From Candidatus Methylomirabilota bacterium (lineage in GTDB: Bacteria; Methylomirabilota; Methylomirabilia; Rokubacteriales; CSP1-6): a stretch of 28,788 nt of DNA. The stretch spans positions 1 to 28,788 of the forward strand of contig JBKPAK010000133.1 in the NCBI GenBank assembly GCA_046726415.1. Direction: 5' to 3'. Below the pieces are notes generated by a model. That model saw nothing but the letters and a program-made list of their open reading frames with translations, searched no databases and was not told the origin of the DNA. Made by a program: the position numbers and the translations under genes. This document shows positions 18,836 to 27,745 of this stretch, in pieces (position 1 is the first letter of the stretch; every line of letters begins with the position of its first letter).

Positions 18836-20068
18836 TCAGCGCCCGAGCGGCACGAATGGCCGGTCTGAAGGAACCCCTCCCTGGAGGGCTCGCGCGGCCA
18901 CCTTGCGTGCGATGACAAATCCATCGTCGACGTCAAAGCGGTAATGGATTCCCGCGTACACCCGCGACTCGCCGGCCTGTCGACCCATCGCGAAGTAGCG
19001 GCCGCCCTGGTCGCGGAACTGCTGGTCGAGGACGAGGCCGATTGCCCCCGAGACGCAGGCGTGGTTGCTCGGATACGACGGGTGGTTCGGAAGGCCGATC
19101 GTCAGGCGAATTCCCGAATCGAGCTGCGTCGGCCGTGGGACCCAGTACGTGTATTTGGTGTCGTGGCAGGCGATGAACGCGTCTACCGCGACCATGTGCA
19201 CCATGGCGAGAACCCGCGCGGACTCGGGCTCGGAGAGGTCGTGCGCCGAGATGGCATTGCGGGCCACATCGTTCCAAAAGCCGGCGGTAAATGCGCCAGT
19301 CAGCTGTTCCCAGTACTGAGCGATCCGAAGCTGCTCGTTGGTCCGCTTGTCCGAAACCGCGCGTACCTCGGCCACCGCTGCCCGGAACGTCGGCGAATCG
19401 AAGGCTGGTGGCCCCGGAGTGCGAAAGTCCGCGCCGGTCGTCAGGAAAAACGGCCGCATCTCGCCCAGCCGTGGCCCGAGCGGCGGGCGCGGCGGCTGCA
19501 CGTGGCTGGACCATTTGTCGGGGCCGGTCGGCGCCGGGCCGGACCAGGTGAGGCCGGCGCGGTCGGCCTTCGCGGCCGTGATGACGTCCGAGGCGACCGC
19601 ACCCCCGATCTCGACACCGGCCGCGAAGTCCGAGCGGCCATCGGCCCCAAGCGCGGCCGTCTCGCCAGACAGGCGGGTGGCGATCGCCTGCTCGTCTTTC
19701 GGGAAGAGGTACGTCAGGACGGCAGCGGCGGCGCCGGCCGCGGCGCCGTCCGGCTTGCGTCCCTGCTGTCGGGCCACGACGATCGCGTTGTTGATCGCCA
19801 GATTCGTGTATGCGAGCGCGCGGGCAGCGGGAAACTGGCCGACCTGATTGCGCGCGATCAACTCACACGCATATTCGTTCCAATGCATCGTCGAGGTCGG
19901 CAGCGCCCATGGACTCGCGATCGGCTGCGACGAGCCTGATGCCGAGGCGTTTTCGCGCGAATGGGCGCAACCGCCCGCGAGCACGATCGCCAGCGCGGCA
20001 TACAGTACGGGAGACACCAAACGAACCGTGGTCGTTTGACCCCGAGCGACCCAACTCCGCTTCATCAT
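18836..20068 (-). CDS. Vanadium-dependent haloperoxidase / PAP2-family lipoprotein
   Basis: Lipobox-like LAGGC; TKYTYWVPRP, PSYPSNH and SRVYAGIHY. Start position uncertain. Confidence 0.87.
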   Translation of the reverse strand: MMKRSWVARGQTTTVRLVSPVLYAALAIVLAGGCAHSRENASASGSSQPIASPWALPTSTMHWNEYACELIARNQVGQFPAARALAYTNLAINNAIVVARQQGRKPDGAAAGAAAAVLTYLFPKDEQAIATRLSGETAALGADGRSDFAAGVEIGGAVASDVITAAKADRAGLTWSGPAPTGPDKWSSHVQPPRPPLGPRLGEMRPFFLTTGADFRTPGPPAFDSPTFRAAVAEVRAVSDKRTNEQLRIAQYWEQLTGAFTAGFWNDVARNAISAHDLSEPESARVLAMVHMVAVDAFIACHDTKYTYWVPRPTQLDSGIRLTIGLPNHPSYPSNHACVSGAIGLVLDQQFRDQGGRYFAMGRQAGESRVYAGIHYRFDVDDGFVIARKVAARALQGGVPSDRPFVPLGR

Positions 20069-20099
20069 GGCTTTTCCCCTGTGATTTCGGCTTGGGTTA

Positions 20100-20335
20100 A
20101 CGTCCTCGGCTTCACGCACATCTGCGGCAACAAGCGGGATGGACCGTTCACGGTGGTATTCCGAGTTCATGTCGTTAGGCGCCAGAGCGCGAGCCGCGCC
20201 GCGTAGCTCCCTCCCCGCTCGACGAACTCCCAGAATCCAGTGGACAGTGGTGGGCATGCTCGCCGCCTCGAGGGCATCCGAGTCTCCGGTCGCCCAAGCC
20301 TAGTTGAAGCGCGTGGCGCTCCCTGAGAGTGTCAT
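20100..20335 (-). pseudogene. Decayed small gene, possibly SnoaL/NTF2-like, first in the sigma-54 transcript
   Basis: GAGGAG RBS and ATG 20335; TRFN*AWATGDSDAL with an in-frame TAG at 20300. Confidence 0.35.
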
Positions 20336-20361
20336 GCGGATCTCCTCGCTGCGGTCGATGG

Positions 20362-20376
20362 GCAAGAGGGATGCCA
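20362..20376 (-). promoter_or_regulatory. Sigma-54 (-24/-12) promoter facing the haloperoxidase
   Basis: Minus strand TGGCAT-CCCTC-TTGC (GG-N10-GC), about 27 bp upstream of an RBS-preceded ATG. Confidence 0.8.
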
Positions 20377-20438
20377 CGCTCGAACTCCAGTCAGCACGCG
20401 CACTTCTGCATCGAACGCCACGGACCAGGAGGTGGGAT

Positions 20439-20464
20439 GGCGAGGAATCGCGGCGAAAATTCGG
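20439..20464. promoter_or_regulatory. Candidate enhancer (UAS): tandem CGA-N4-TCG palindromes
   Basis: GGCGAGGAATCGC then GGCGAAAATTCGG, about 90-115 bp upstream of the predicted transcription start. Confidence 0.5.
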
Positions 20465-20508
20465 AGGCTGGCCACGGCTCCGGTGGCGGCAGTAGGATAG
20501 TCGCGACC

Positions 20509-23500
20509 ATGGTCGGGACGGAGCTGATCGGGGACAGTGCTGGTGTCGCCTCGGTCCGCGAGCAGGTGCTCCGCCTCGTCCGGCGGCAGTCCGATTCGCG
20601 ACGGCCGCCACCCGTCCTCATCCTCGGCGAGACCGGAACCGGCAAAGGGGTGACCGCGCGCCTGATCCAGCGGCTCGGGCCGCGCCGCGACGCCCCATTC
20701 GTCGACGTCAACTGTGCGGCGATCCCCGAGACGCTGCTCGAGGCGGAGTTGTTCGGCTTCGAGCGCGGCGCCTTCACCGATGCCCGGCAGGCGAAACCCG
20801 GACTCTTCCAGGTGGCCCACCGCGGCAGCATCGTCCTCGACGAGGTCGGACTTCTGCCAGTGGAGCTCCAGCCGAAGCTCCTGAAGGTGCTCGAGGACGG
20901 GGAGCTACGCCGGCTCGGCGCCACGCGCAGCGAAACCGTCGACGTCGCCGTCATCGCCGCGACGAGCGAACCGCTCGAGGGCGCGATGCGCAAGGGACGG
21001 TTTCTCGCCGCGCTTTACCACCGCCTCTCGGTCCTCACTCTCACGCTGCCTCCGCTCCGCGACCGCGGCGGAGATATTGTGCGGCTTGCCGAATACTTCT
21101 TGGGGCGCGCCTGCGCCGACCATCGGTTGCCACCGAAGACCATCGGCTCGGAGGCCCAGCAGGCGTTACTGCGCTATCGCTGGCCCGGCAACGTGCGCGA
21201 GCTGGCCAACCTCATGGAGCGCGTCGCCCTCCTGGGAGATGGAGACGACGTAACCGCCGCGATGCTCGGACTGCCCGAGGCCGACCGGGCGCCGTCAACC
21301 CGTCGCGGGGCGGGTGATCGCCCGGACGAGGCGGTCGCCCTTCGCCACGTCGTGGGCGATGTGGAGCGCGAGCATCTGCTCGCGGCGCTTCGTGAGACCG
21401 ATTGGAACGTCACGCACGCGGCGACGCGACTGGACATGCCTCCTAACACACTGCGCTATCGCATGAAGAAGCATGGCCTCCAGCCCGAGGCCGGAACGAC
21501 GAGACCCGACCGCCCACGAGAGCCGCGACTAAGAGTAGAACCGCCGCCGCCGGCCCCGCTCCGGTGGGAAGCACGGCACCTCGCGCTCCTGCGCGCATCC
21601 CTCACGACTTCGGGGGAGGACGCTTCGACTTCCGTGAGCCGCGCCCTCGAGGAGGTCGTGGACAAGATCCACAGCTTCGGTGGTCGCATCGAGGATCTCG
21701 GGCCGCGTGCCGTGGTGGCCGTCTTCGGGCTCGAGCCGACGGAGGACGCCGCGCGGCGCGCGGCTCACGCCGCGCTGGCAATCCAGAAGAAGGTGGCGCG
21801 GGCGCGCGTGGAGGAACGCCGCCCCTGGGAAGCGACGATGGCCGTCCATGCCGGCACGTTCCTGGTCGGTGCCGGGGCGACGCCCACCATCGACGTCGAT
21901 GCCAAACGCGTCGCATTGGCCGTGCTCGAGGACCTGGTCCAGCGAGCCGCGCCCGACACCATCGTCGCGAGCGCGCAGGCGGCCACGTTCCTGGAGCGGC
22001 GCTTCGAACTGACTTTCGCGGGCGGGGCGGAAACTCCGGCGTCCGTGTGGCGCCTTCTCGGCGGCGATTCTGGCCTCGCTGCGCGGGCACGGCTCACTCC
22101 GTTCGTCGGCCGCGACGATGAGCTGCGAGTCCTCCGGCATCGGCTGACTCTCGCTACAGAAGGGCACGGTCAGGTGGTTGGGATCGTCGGGGACGCCGGG
22201 ATCGGCAAGTCGCGTCTCCTCCTCCAGTTCCGGCGAAGTGGTGATGCGGCCTTTGTCGAGGGACATTGCTACTCGTACACGACGGCGCACCCGTACGTTC
22301 CCGTGCTCGAGATCCTCCGGCAGGCCTGTGGGATCGGCGAGGGGGATGATCACGTTCGTGTGAGGGCGGCTGTCCGCGCCGTCCTCAAGCGTGTCGGAGC
22401 TGATCCCGAGCGGGATGCCGTGTACCTGCTCCACCTGCTCGGGCTGCCGGAGACGGCCGCGCAGCTCGGGGACGTCGGGCCGGGGGTCCTGAAGGCCCGC
22501 ACGTTCGAGGCACTCCAGCAGCTCTGCTTCGGGGGCGGGAAGCCCCCCGTGATCCTTGCCGTCGAGGACCTGCACTGGATCGACCGGGCCTCCGAGGAGT
22601 TCCTGAACGTCCTCGTGGAGCGCCTGCCGGCGGTTCCGGCCCTGATCGTCGTCACCTATCGCCCCGGCTACCGCCCGTCGTGGTCCGACAGGTCGTATGC
22701 CACCCAGATCGCGCTCCCTCCGCTCTCGGGTTCCGAGAGCCGCCTCATGCTCGAGGCGACTCTCGGGCACGGAGCGGTCCTCCACGCGCTCGCCCTGGCC
22801 ATCCTCCAGCGCGCCGAAGGCAATCCGTTCTTTCTGGAGGAGATGGCGCAGTCGGTCGGGACCGAGCTGGCGGCCACGACTGCGGTCGAGGTTCCTGACA
22901 CGGTCCAGAGCGTGCTCCGCGCCCGCCTCGACCGGCTGGCGCCCGAGGAGCGACGCCTCGTCCAGTGCGCTGCGGTGATCGGCAAGGATGTGCAGCTCTC
23001 ACTGCTCCAAGCGATCGCCGACGAGCGCGAGGACACCCTGCACCGCAGTCTCGGCGAGCTTCAGTCGACCGAGTTCCTCTACGAAACGCGGCTCCTCCCC
23101 GAGCGCGAGTACACGTTCAAGCACGCGCTGACGCACGAGGTCGCCTACGGAAGCCTGCTCCACGACCGCCGGCGCGCGCTTCACGCCCGGATCGTCGAGG
23201 CGATCGAGCGGCTCTACGCGGACCGGCTGAGCGAGCAGGTCGAACGGCTCGCACATCACGCGGTCCGCGGCGAAGTCTGGGACAAGGCCCTCCGGTATCT
23301 CCGTGAGGCGGGGACCAAAGCGCTCATGCGCTCGGCCAACGCCGAGGCCATCGCGTTTTTCACGCAGGGGCTCGACCTCGTGCAGAGATTGCCTGCGACC
23401 CGCGAGCGCCTGCGGCAGGAGATGGAGCTCCTCTTGGCACTCGGGCAGGCACACCAGGCGGCCAAGGGCTTGGCGGCAGCGGAAGCCGAGAAGGCCTACT

Positions 23501-24582
23501 CGCGAGCGCGTGACCTGGCCGAGCGGGTTGGCGAGCGCACTGAGCTGTTCCGGGCCCTGTGGGGACTCTGGCTCTACACGAGCTGGCGGGGACGACTCGG
23601 GGCGTCTCGCCGCATCGCGGAGGAGCTTCTGGCGCTCGCCGAACGACAGGGTGATCCGGCACTCCTCCTCGAAGGGCACCACCCGATGTGGGCCACCATG
23701 CTCTGGCTCGGTGAGTTCGAGGCGGCACGAAGACACTTCGGGCAGGGGATGGCTCTTTATGATCGGGAGCAGCACCAGTCGCACGCTGTTCTCTACGGCG
23801 GCCACGATCCCGGCGTGTGCTGCCGAATGATGTCGGGGCTGACGCTGTGGATCCTCGGATGCCCGACAGGCGCCGTCGAGAGCGGCCAGGCAGCGATCGC
23901 TCTGGCCCGGGAGCTCTCTCATCCGCACAGCGTCGCCCTCGCCATGCACTGGGTAGGCATGATCCATCAGCTCCGAAGGGACGTCGAGACGACACGGCAG
24001 CTCGCCGAGTCAGTCGTCGCCCTTTCGGCCGAGCACGGCTTTCAGCAGTGGCTATTGGCGGGACAGATTCTCGACGGCTGGGTCCAGGCAGTCGAAGGGC
24101 GAGGCGCGGCCGGCATCGCTCAGGTCCGTCAGGGTATCGGCGAATACCGGGCGATGGGCAGCGAGCTCTTCGTCCCGTACTTCCTTTCGCTCCTGGCCGG
24201 GGCGCACTTAAAGCACGGAGAGGCCGACGAGGGCCTGAGCGCGGCCGTGGAAGCCCTGACCGTCGCCGCCGCGACCGAAGAGCGCTCCTGGGACGCCGAG
24301 CTCTATCGGCTCAAAGGAGAGTTACTGCTGGTGCGTGATCCGGCGAACGAGTCCGAGGCCGAGATCGCCTTCCGTCAAGCGGTCGAGATCGCGGGCCGGC
24401 AGCGCGCGACCTCGTGGGAGCTGCGCGCGGTGACGAGTCTGAGCGGGTTGCTCGCCCGGCAAGGCAAGCGATACGAAGCGCGACGACTGCTCTCCGATAT
24501 CTACGGCCGGTTTACAGAGGGGTTCGACACCGCCGACCTCCAGCAGGCGAAGACTCTGCTCGACGAACTTGCGGCACCGTAG
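20509..24582 (+). CDS. Sigma-54 enhancer-binding protein fused to a degenerate class III cyclase, STAND NTPase and TPR-like array
   Basis: GETGTGK, GAFTDA, LDEV, WPGNVREL and Fis-type HTH; cyclase-like VVAVFG...EDAARRA; GDAGIGKS, EDLHWID, GNPFF, YTFKHAL; helical C-terminus. Confidence 0.92.
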   Translation: MVGTELIGDSAGVASVREQVLRLVRRQSDSRRPPPVLILGETGTGKGVTARLIQRLGPRRDAPFVDVNCAAIPETLLEAELFGFERGAFTDARQAKPGLFQVAHRGSIVLDEVGLLPVELQPKLLKVLEDGELRRLGATRSETVDVAVIAATSEPLEGAMRKGRFLAALYHRLSVLTLTLPPLRDRGGDIVRLAEYFLGRACADHRLPPKTIGSEAQQALLRYRWPGNVRELANLMERVALLGDGDDVTAAMLGLPEADRAPSTRRGAGDRPDEAVALRHVVGDVEREHLLAALRETDWNVTHAATRLDMPPNTLRYRMKKHGLQPEAGTTRPDRPREPRLRVEPPPPAPLRWEARHLALLRASLTTSGEDASTSVSRALEEVVDKIHSFGGRIEDLGPRAVVAVFGLEPTEDAARRAAHAALAIQKKVARARVEERRPWEATMAVHAGTFLVGAGATPTIDVDAKRVALAVLEDLVQRAAPDTIVASAQAATFLERRFELTFAGGAETPASVWRLLGGDSGLAARARLTPFVGRDDELRVLRHRLTLATEGHGQVVGIVGDAGIGKSRLLLQFRRSGDAAFVEGHCYSYTTAHPYVPVLEILRQACGIGEGDDHVRVRAAVRAVLKRVGADPERDAVYLLHLLGLPETAAQLGDVGPGVLKARTFEALQQLCFGGGKPPVILAVEDLHWIDRASEEFLNVLVERLPAVPALIVVTYRPGYRPSWSDRSYATQIALPPLSGSESRLMLEATLGHGAVLHALALAILQRAEGNPFFLEEMAQSVGTELAATTAVEVPDTVQSVLRARLDRLAPEERRLVQCAAVIGKDVQLSLLQAIADEREDTLHRSLGELQSTEFLYETRLLPEREYTFKHALTHEVAYGSLLHDRRRALHARIVEAIERLYADRLSEQVERLAHHAVRGEVWDKALRYLREAGTKALMRSANAEAIAFFTQGLDLVQRLPATRERLRQEMELLLALGQAHQAAKGLAAAEAEKAYSRARDLAERVGERTELFRALWGLWLYTSWRGRLGASRRIAEELLALAERQGDPALLLEGHHPMWATMLWLGEFEAARRHFGQGMALYDREQHQSHAVLYGGHDPGVCCRMMSGLTLWILGCPTGAVESGQAAIALARELSHPHSVALAMHWVGMIHQLRRDVETTRQLAESVVALSAEHGFQQWLLAGQILDGWVQAVEGRGAAGIAQVRQGIGEYRAMGSELFVPYFLSLLAGAHLKHGEADEGLSAAVEALTVAAATEERSWDAELYRLKGELLLVRDPANESEAEIAFRQAVEIAGRQRATSWELRAVTSLSGLLARQGKRYEARRLLSDIYGRFTEGFDTADLQQAKTLLDELAAP

Positions 24583-24937
24583 CGCATAGATAGGAGGGGA
24601 TGGCTTTCTCCGGGGGCGGAATCAAGAGGCCGCGGCTGGCGGGCTGGTCCTGACCAGCAGGACGACTCAAAGGGACGGAAGCGGTAGCACGAGAACAGTA
24701 GGGTCCGTCCTGATGAAACAGGGGTTGACTAGCACGGCGCCGGCAAAAGACGCCGACGCGCGGAGGACCGGCATCTCTCGCCGCGCCGAGATTGGGGCGA
24801 CGAGCCGTCGCCACCGTCACCCACGCCAGTGAAAGCAAGCGTCCGAACAACAGACATTGACCGAGATGGTCCCTGGCCGATGCTGCCCGATCCGGGCAGA
24901 GGGGTCGCCTCGATCACAGCACGTGAGAGTGGCCCCA

Positions 24938-25011
24938 GGCATTTCACTGAAAGTGAATGCCCATTCAGTACCGATTTTGACCGTTTCATACGCCGATTTT
25001 GACCGTTCGTA
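24938..25011 (+). promoter_or_regulatory. LytTR-type direct repeats plus an inverted repeat
   Basis: CCGATTTTGACCGTT at 24971 and 24993 (22-bp period); inverted repeat GGCATTTCACT-GAA-AGTGAATGCC at 24938-24961. Confidence 0.65.
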
Positions 25012-25065
25012 CGATTCCCCGGCCTTGGCATCTCCGCCTCGGGCACCCTCCAGGCCACGGGAGGT

Positions 25066-25350
25066 TCGGCCATGGAACAGCATCAAGCACGTGGCGGGCG
25101 TGCGGCCCGAGGGGGCCAAAATCTGGGTCGAACGCCATCTCGTCGACGGTCTGCTCACGCGCACGGTCTGGGCGACGGGCCGGGCTTCGCGCTGGCGGAG
25201 GCGCCCGCCGGCCACGGGCTCGACACGCTGCGCGCCCAGCTCGCGGCCATCTATGGCGGCCAGGCGTGGCTCGAAGTGCAGCCCGAGAGCATCGGCACGC
25301 GCGTGGCGATGCGGCTGCTCGCGTGGAGCGCCGAGGGGAGGCTGCGATGA
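25066..25350 (+). pseudogene. LytS/YehU-type sensor kinase, HATPase fragment
   Basis: NSIKH, DGPGF, GHGLDTLRAQLAAIYG and GTRV, with frameshifts. Confidence 0.78.
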
Positions 25351-25508
25351 GTCCGGGCCCGCGCACCCATCTGGTGAACGACAGTCCCCGGAACAACCGG
25401 CGTCTGCTCCAAGAGACGGGCCGGCTCGAGATTGAGCTTCGGGTGGCGCGCGAGCAGGTGCGCGGCGTCAAGGAGCGGTTTGCTCTGAGGGTGGAGGTGC
25501 AGCGGTAG
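25347..25508 (+). pseudogene. LytTR-type response regulator, collapsed (receiver start joined to last helix)
   Basis: ATGA overlap with the kinase; MSPGPRTHLVND...RRLLQETGRLEI joined to ELRVAREQVRGVKERF. Confidence 0.6.
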
Positions 25509-25516
25509 GGACGGGG

Positions 25517-26563
25517 ATGGCCTCCAGCGTGGAGGCGTCTTTCCACGGAATGATTGGCCGGAGCGCCCAGATGCAGGCGCTCTTCCGGCGGATTGAGCGA
25601 GTGGCTCGAACCGACGCCACCGTGCTGATCCGCGGCGAACGCGGAACCGGTAAGGAGCTGGTCGCCAACTCGCTTCAACGACTGAGCCGCAGGAATGGTG
25701 CGGTCTACGTCAAAATCAATTGCGCCGCTCTCCACCGCGACCTTCTCGCCAGCGAGCTCTTCGGCCATGAGCGTGGCGCGTTCACGGGGGCCCTCGAACG
25801 GAGACAAGGGCTCTACGCCGCCGCGGACGGCGGGACGCTGTTCGCCGATGAGGTCAGCACCCTCTCATTCGAGGGCCAGGCGATGCTCCTCCGCGCGATC
25901 GAACAGGGCGAAGTACGGCCCGTCGGAGCGAAGCTACCGGCGCTCGTCGATGTCCGGCTGATCGCGGCCACCAGCAAGGATCTCGAGCGCGCGATCTCCG
26001 AAAGGGAGTTCCTTCCCGACTTGCACGACCGACTGACCGAAGTGGTTCTGCACGTGCCGCCGCTCCGCGCACGGCGCGAAGACATCCCGTTGCTTGTCGA
26101 GCACTTCGTCGAGGTCCATTGCCGCCGGCACGGCGTGAAGGTCCGCGGCGTGAGCCGCGAGGCCTGGCGCAGGCTCCAGAGCCATCACTGGCCCGGCAAT
26201 GTCCGGGAGCTTGCCCACGCGGTGAGCCGGGCCGTGATCTTCGCCGCTGGCGAGTGGATCCGACCCGAGGATCTCCAGCTGCGCGATGTGGACACAACCG
26301 CATCGCCGAAAGGATCGCCGCTCTCCGGAGCGCGTGCCGTTGACCTCGACTTGACGCCGCGGCAGCGCGAGGCGCTCGAGCTCGCGACCAGCCACGGCAG
26401 TGTGCGGCGCGGCGATCTGGTTTCCCGGTTCGGGATTTCAGGCGAAGCAGCGCGCAGAGATCTCGTGACCTTGGTCATTGCGGGGCTGCTCCGGCGCCGC
26501 CGCGTTCACGGGATTTCGCGGTATGTCCTCGCGGATCGGCTGGCCGATCTCGTCCTGGGATGA
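25517..26563 (+). CDS. Sigma-54 enhancer-binding protein without a sensory domain; C-terminal winged HTH
   Basis: GERGTGKE, SELFGHERGAFTGA, ADEV, WPGNVREL; LTPRQREAL...FGISGEAARRDL. Confidence 0.92.
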   Translation: MASSVEASFHGMIGRSAQMQALFRRIERVARTDATVLIRGERGTGKELVANSLQRLSRRNGAVYVKINCAALHRDLLASELFGHERGAFTGALERRQGLYAAADGGTLFADEVSTLSFEGQAMLLRAIEQGEVRPVGAKLPALVDVRLIAATSKDLERAISEREFLPDLHDRLTEVVLHVPPLRARREDIPLLVEHFVEVHCRRHGVKVRGVSREAWRRLQSHHWPGNVRELAHAVSRAVIFAAGEWIRPEDLQLRDVDTTASPKGSPLSGARAVDLDLTPRQREALELATSHGSVRRGDLVSRFGISGEAARRDLVTLVIAGLLRRRRVHGISRYVLADRLADLVLG

Positions 26564-26584
26564 CGCGCAGTTGAGCCCGTCAAT

Positions 26585-26642
26585 CTGAACGTCACGCCAC
26601 GCATGACGCCGAACTGAACGTGACGCTGCGCATAACGCCGAA
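26585..26642. repeat. Tandem 29-bp imperfect repeat x2
   Basis: CTGAACGTCACGCCACGCATGACGCCGAA / CTGAACGTGACGCTGCGCATAACGCCGAA (25/29 identical). Confidence 0.8.
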
Positions 26643-26785
26643 GGCCCCCCCCAACGATGTGTCGGCGATCGGCGCAACGCCACCCAAGTGTGGGGCGCGA
26701 TCTGGACGTCGTTTCCGCTCTCGACGATCGCCATTACGGTGATCGTCGGTCCGTCCTGGATCCGTGCGCCAGAGAGGCGCGGCGA

Positions 26786-27651
26786 TCAGCGAAGTCCTCT
26801 CCATTGCCGTTTGCCTTGAGCGGGGATCACCCGGCCAAAGACCACATCGGCAAAGTGGCCGTCGGCGCTGATGGTGGACGGATCCTCGAGCTCTGTCATC
26901 AGGCGATCCCGTGTGCGTCGGGCCAGGTTCGGGTCGATGTCGAACACGACGCCCCAATCCGCCTCGTCGAACTGGACGGGCAGTGCATCACGTCGCCCAG
27001 GATGATCGCGCGCTCAGCTCCCGAGGACACCACCAAGGACAGATGACCGGGCGTATGCCCCGGCGTCGCGAGCACGTTGACGCCTGGCGCGATCGCCTGC
27101 CCGTCGCCAATGAATTCCGTTCGGTTCGCCAGGGGCTGCCGGACCTCCTCGAGACTGGGTCCCACCGCACCGTGGACCTCGCCGGGCTCCGGGCCCGTCC
27201 AGTAGTTCCACTCCGACGACATCAGCAGATGCTTGGCCCTGGAGAACGTCAGCTCGCGGTTGCCGTTCACCACACGACTGGTCCAGCCGACATGGTCGAG
27301 GTGCAGGTGGGTGTACGCGACGGTGTCGATGTCCCGCGGCTCGAGACCAGTCCCAGCCAGGTGCTCCAGCAACCGCCCACCGACAAATGGACCGAATCCC
27401 GGGAACTCGGCTTCGTGCTCTCCGAAGCCCGTGTCCACCAGAATGTTGCGACCCGCGGTCTGAATGAGGAAGCCGCCCATGCTGGCGACGACCCGGCCCC
27501 GCTCATCAACCCACTCGGGATGTAGCCTCCATCCCTCCTCCGTTGTCCCCGGAAACATCGCGAACTTGTCGATCCTCCCGTGCCCGTCGGGGAGATAGGT
27601 GATCCGAATGTCGCCGACCGTAACCTGGCTCTTAGCGGCAGGCTGCGCCAT
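26786..27651 (-). pseudogene. MBL-fold metallo-hydrolase with one frameshift near 26977 (real, or a sequencing error)
   Basis: LVDTG, THLHLDHVG, TPGHTPGH and GDVMHCP; continues in another frame as VQFDEADW...FDIDP...DGHF...QWRGLR*. Confidence 0.88.
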
Positions 27652-27671
27652 GGTGTGTGCTCCTTCTGCAG

Positions 27672-27745
27672 TGTTCCTGTCCCTGCATGGACTTGACCGG
27701 GTATCGCCACAGCGAGGTCACTGAGCCTTGTGGCACAGTGGACAT
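27672..27745 (-). pseudogene. MOSC-domain protein, N-terminal stub
   Basis: MSTVPQGSVTSLWRYPVKSMQGQE. Confidence 0.75.

Noticed and set aside
24670-24760. Hammerhead ribozyme suggested by CTGATGA
   Set aside because: CTGATGA runs straight into AAC with no stem II followed by GAAA
26585-26642. CRISPR array
   Set aside because: Two adjacent copies, no spacers and no cas genes
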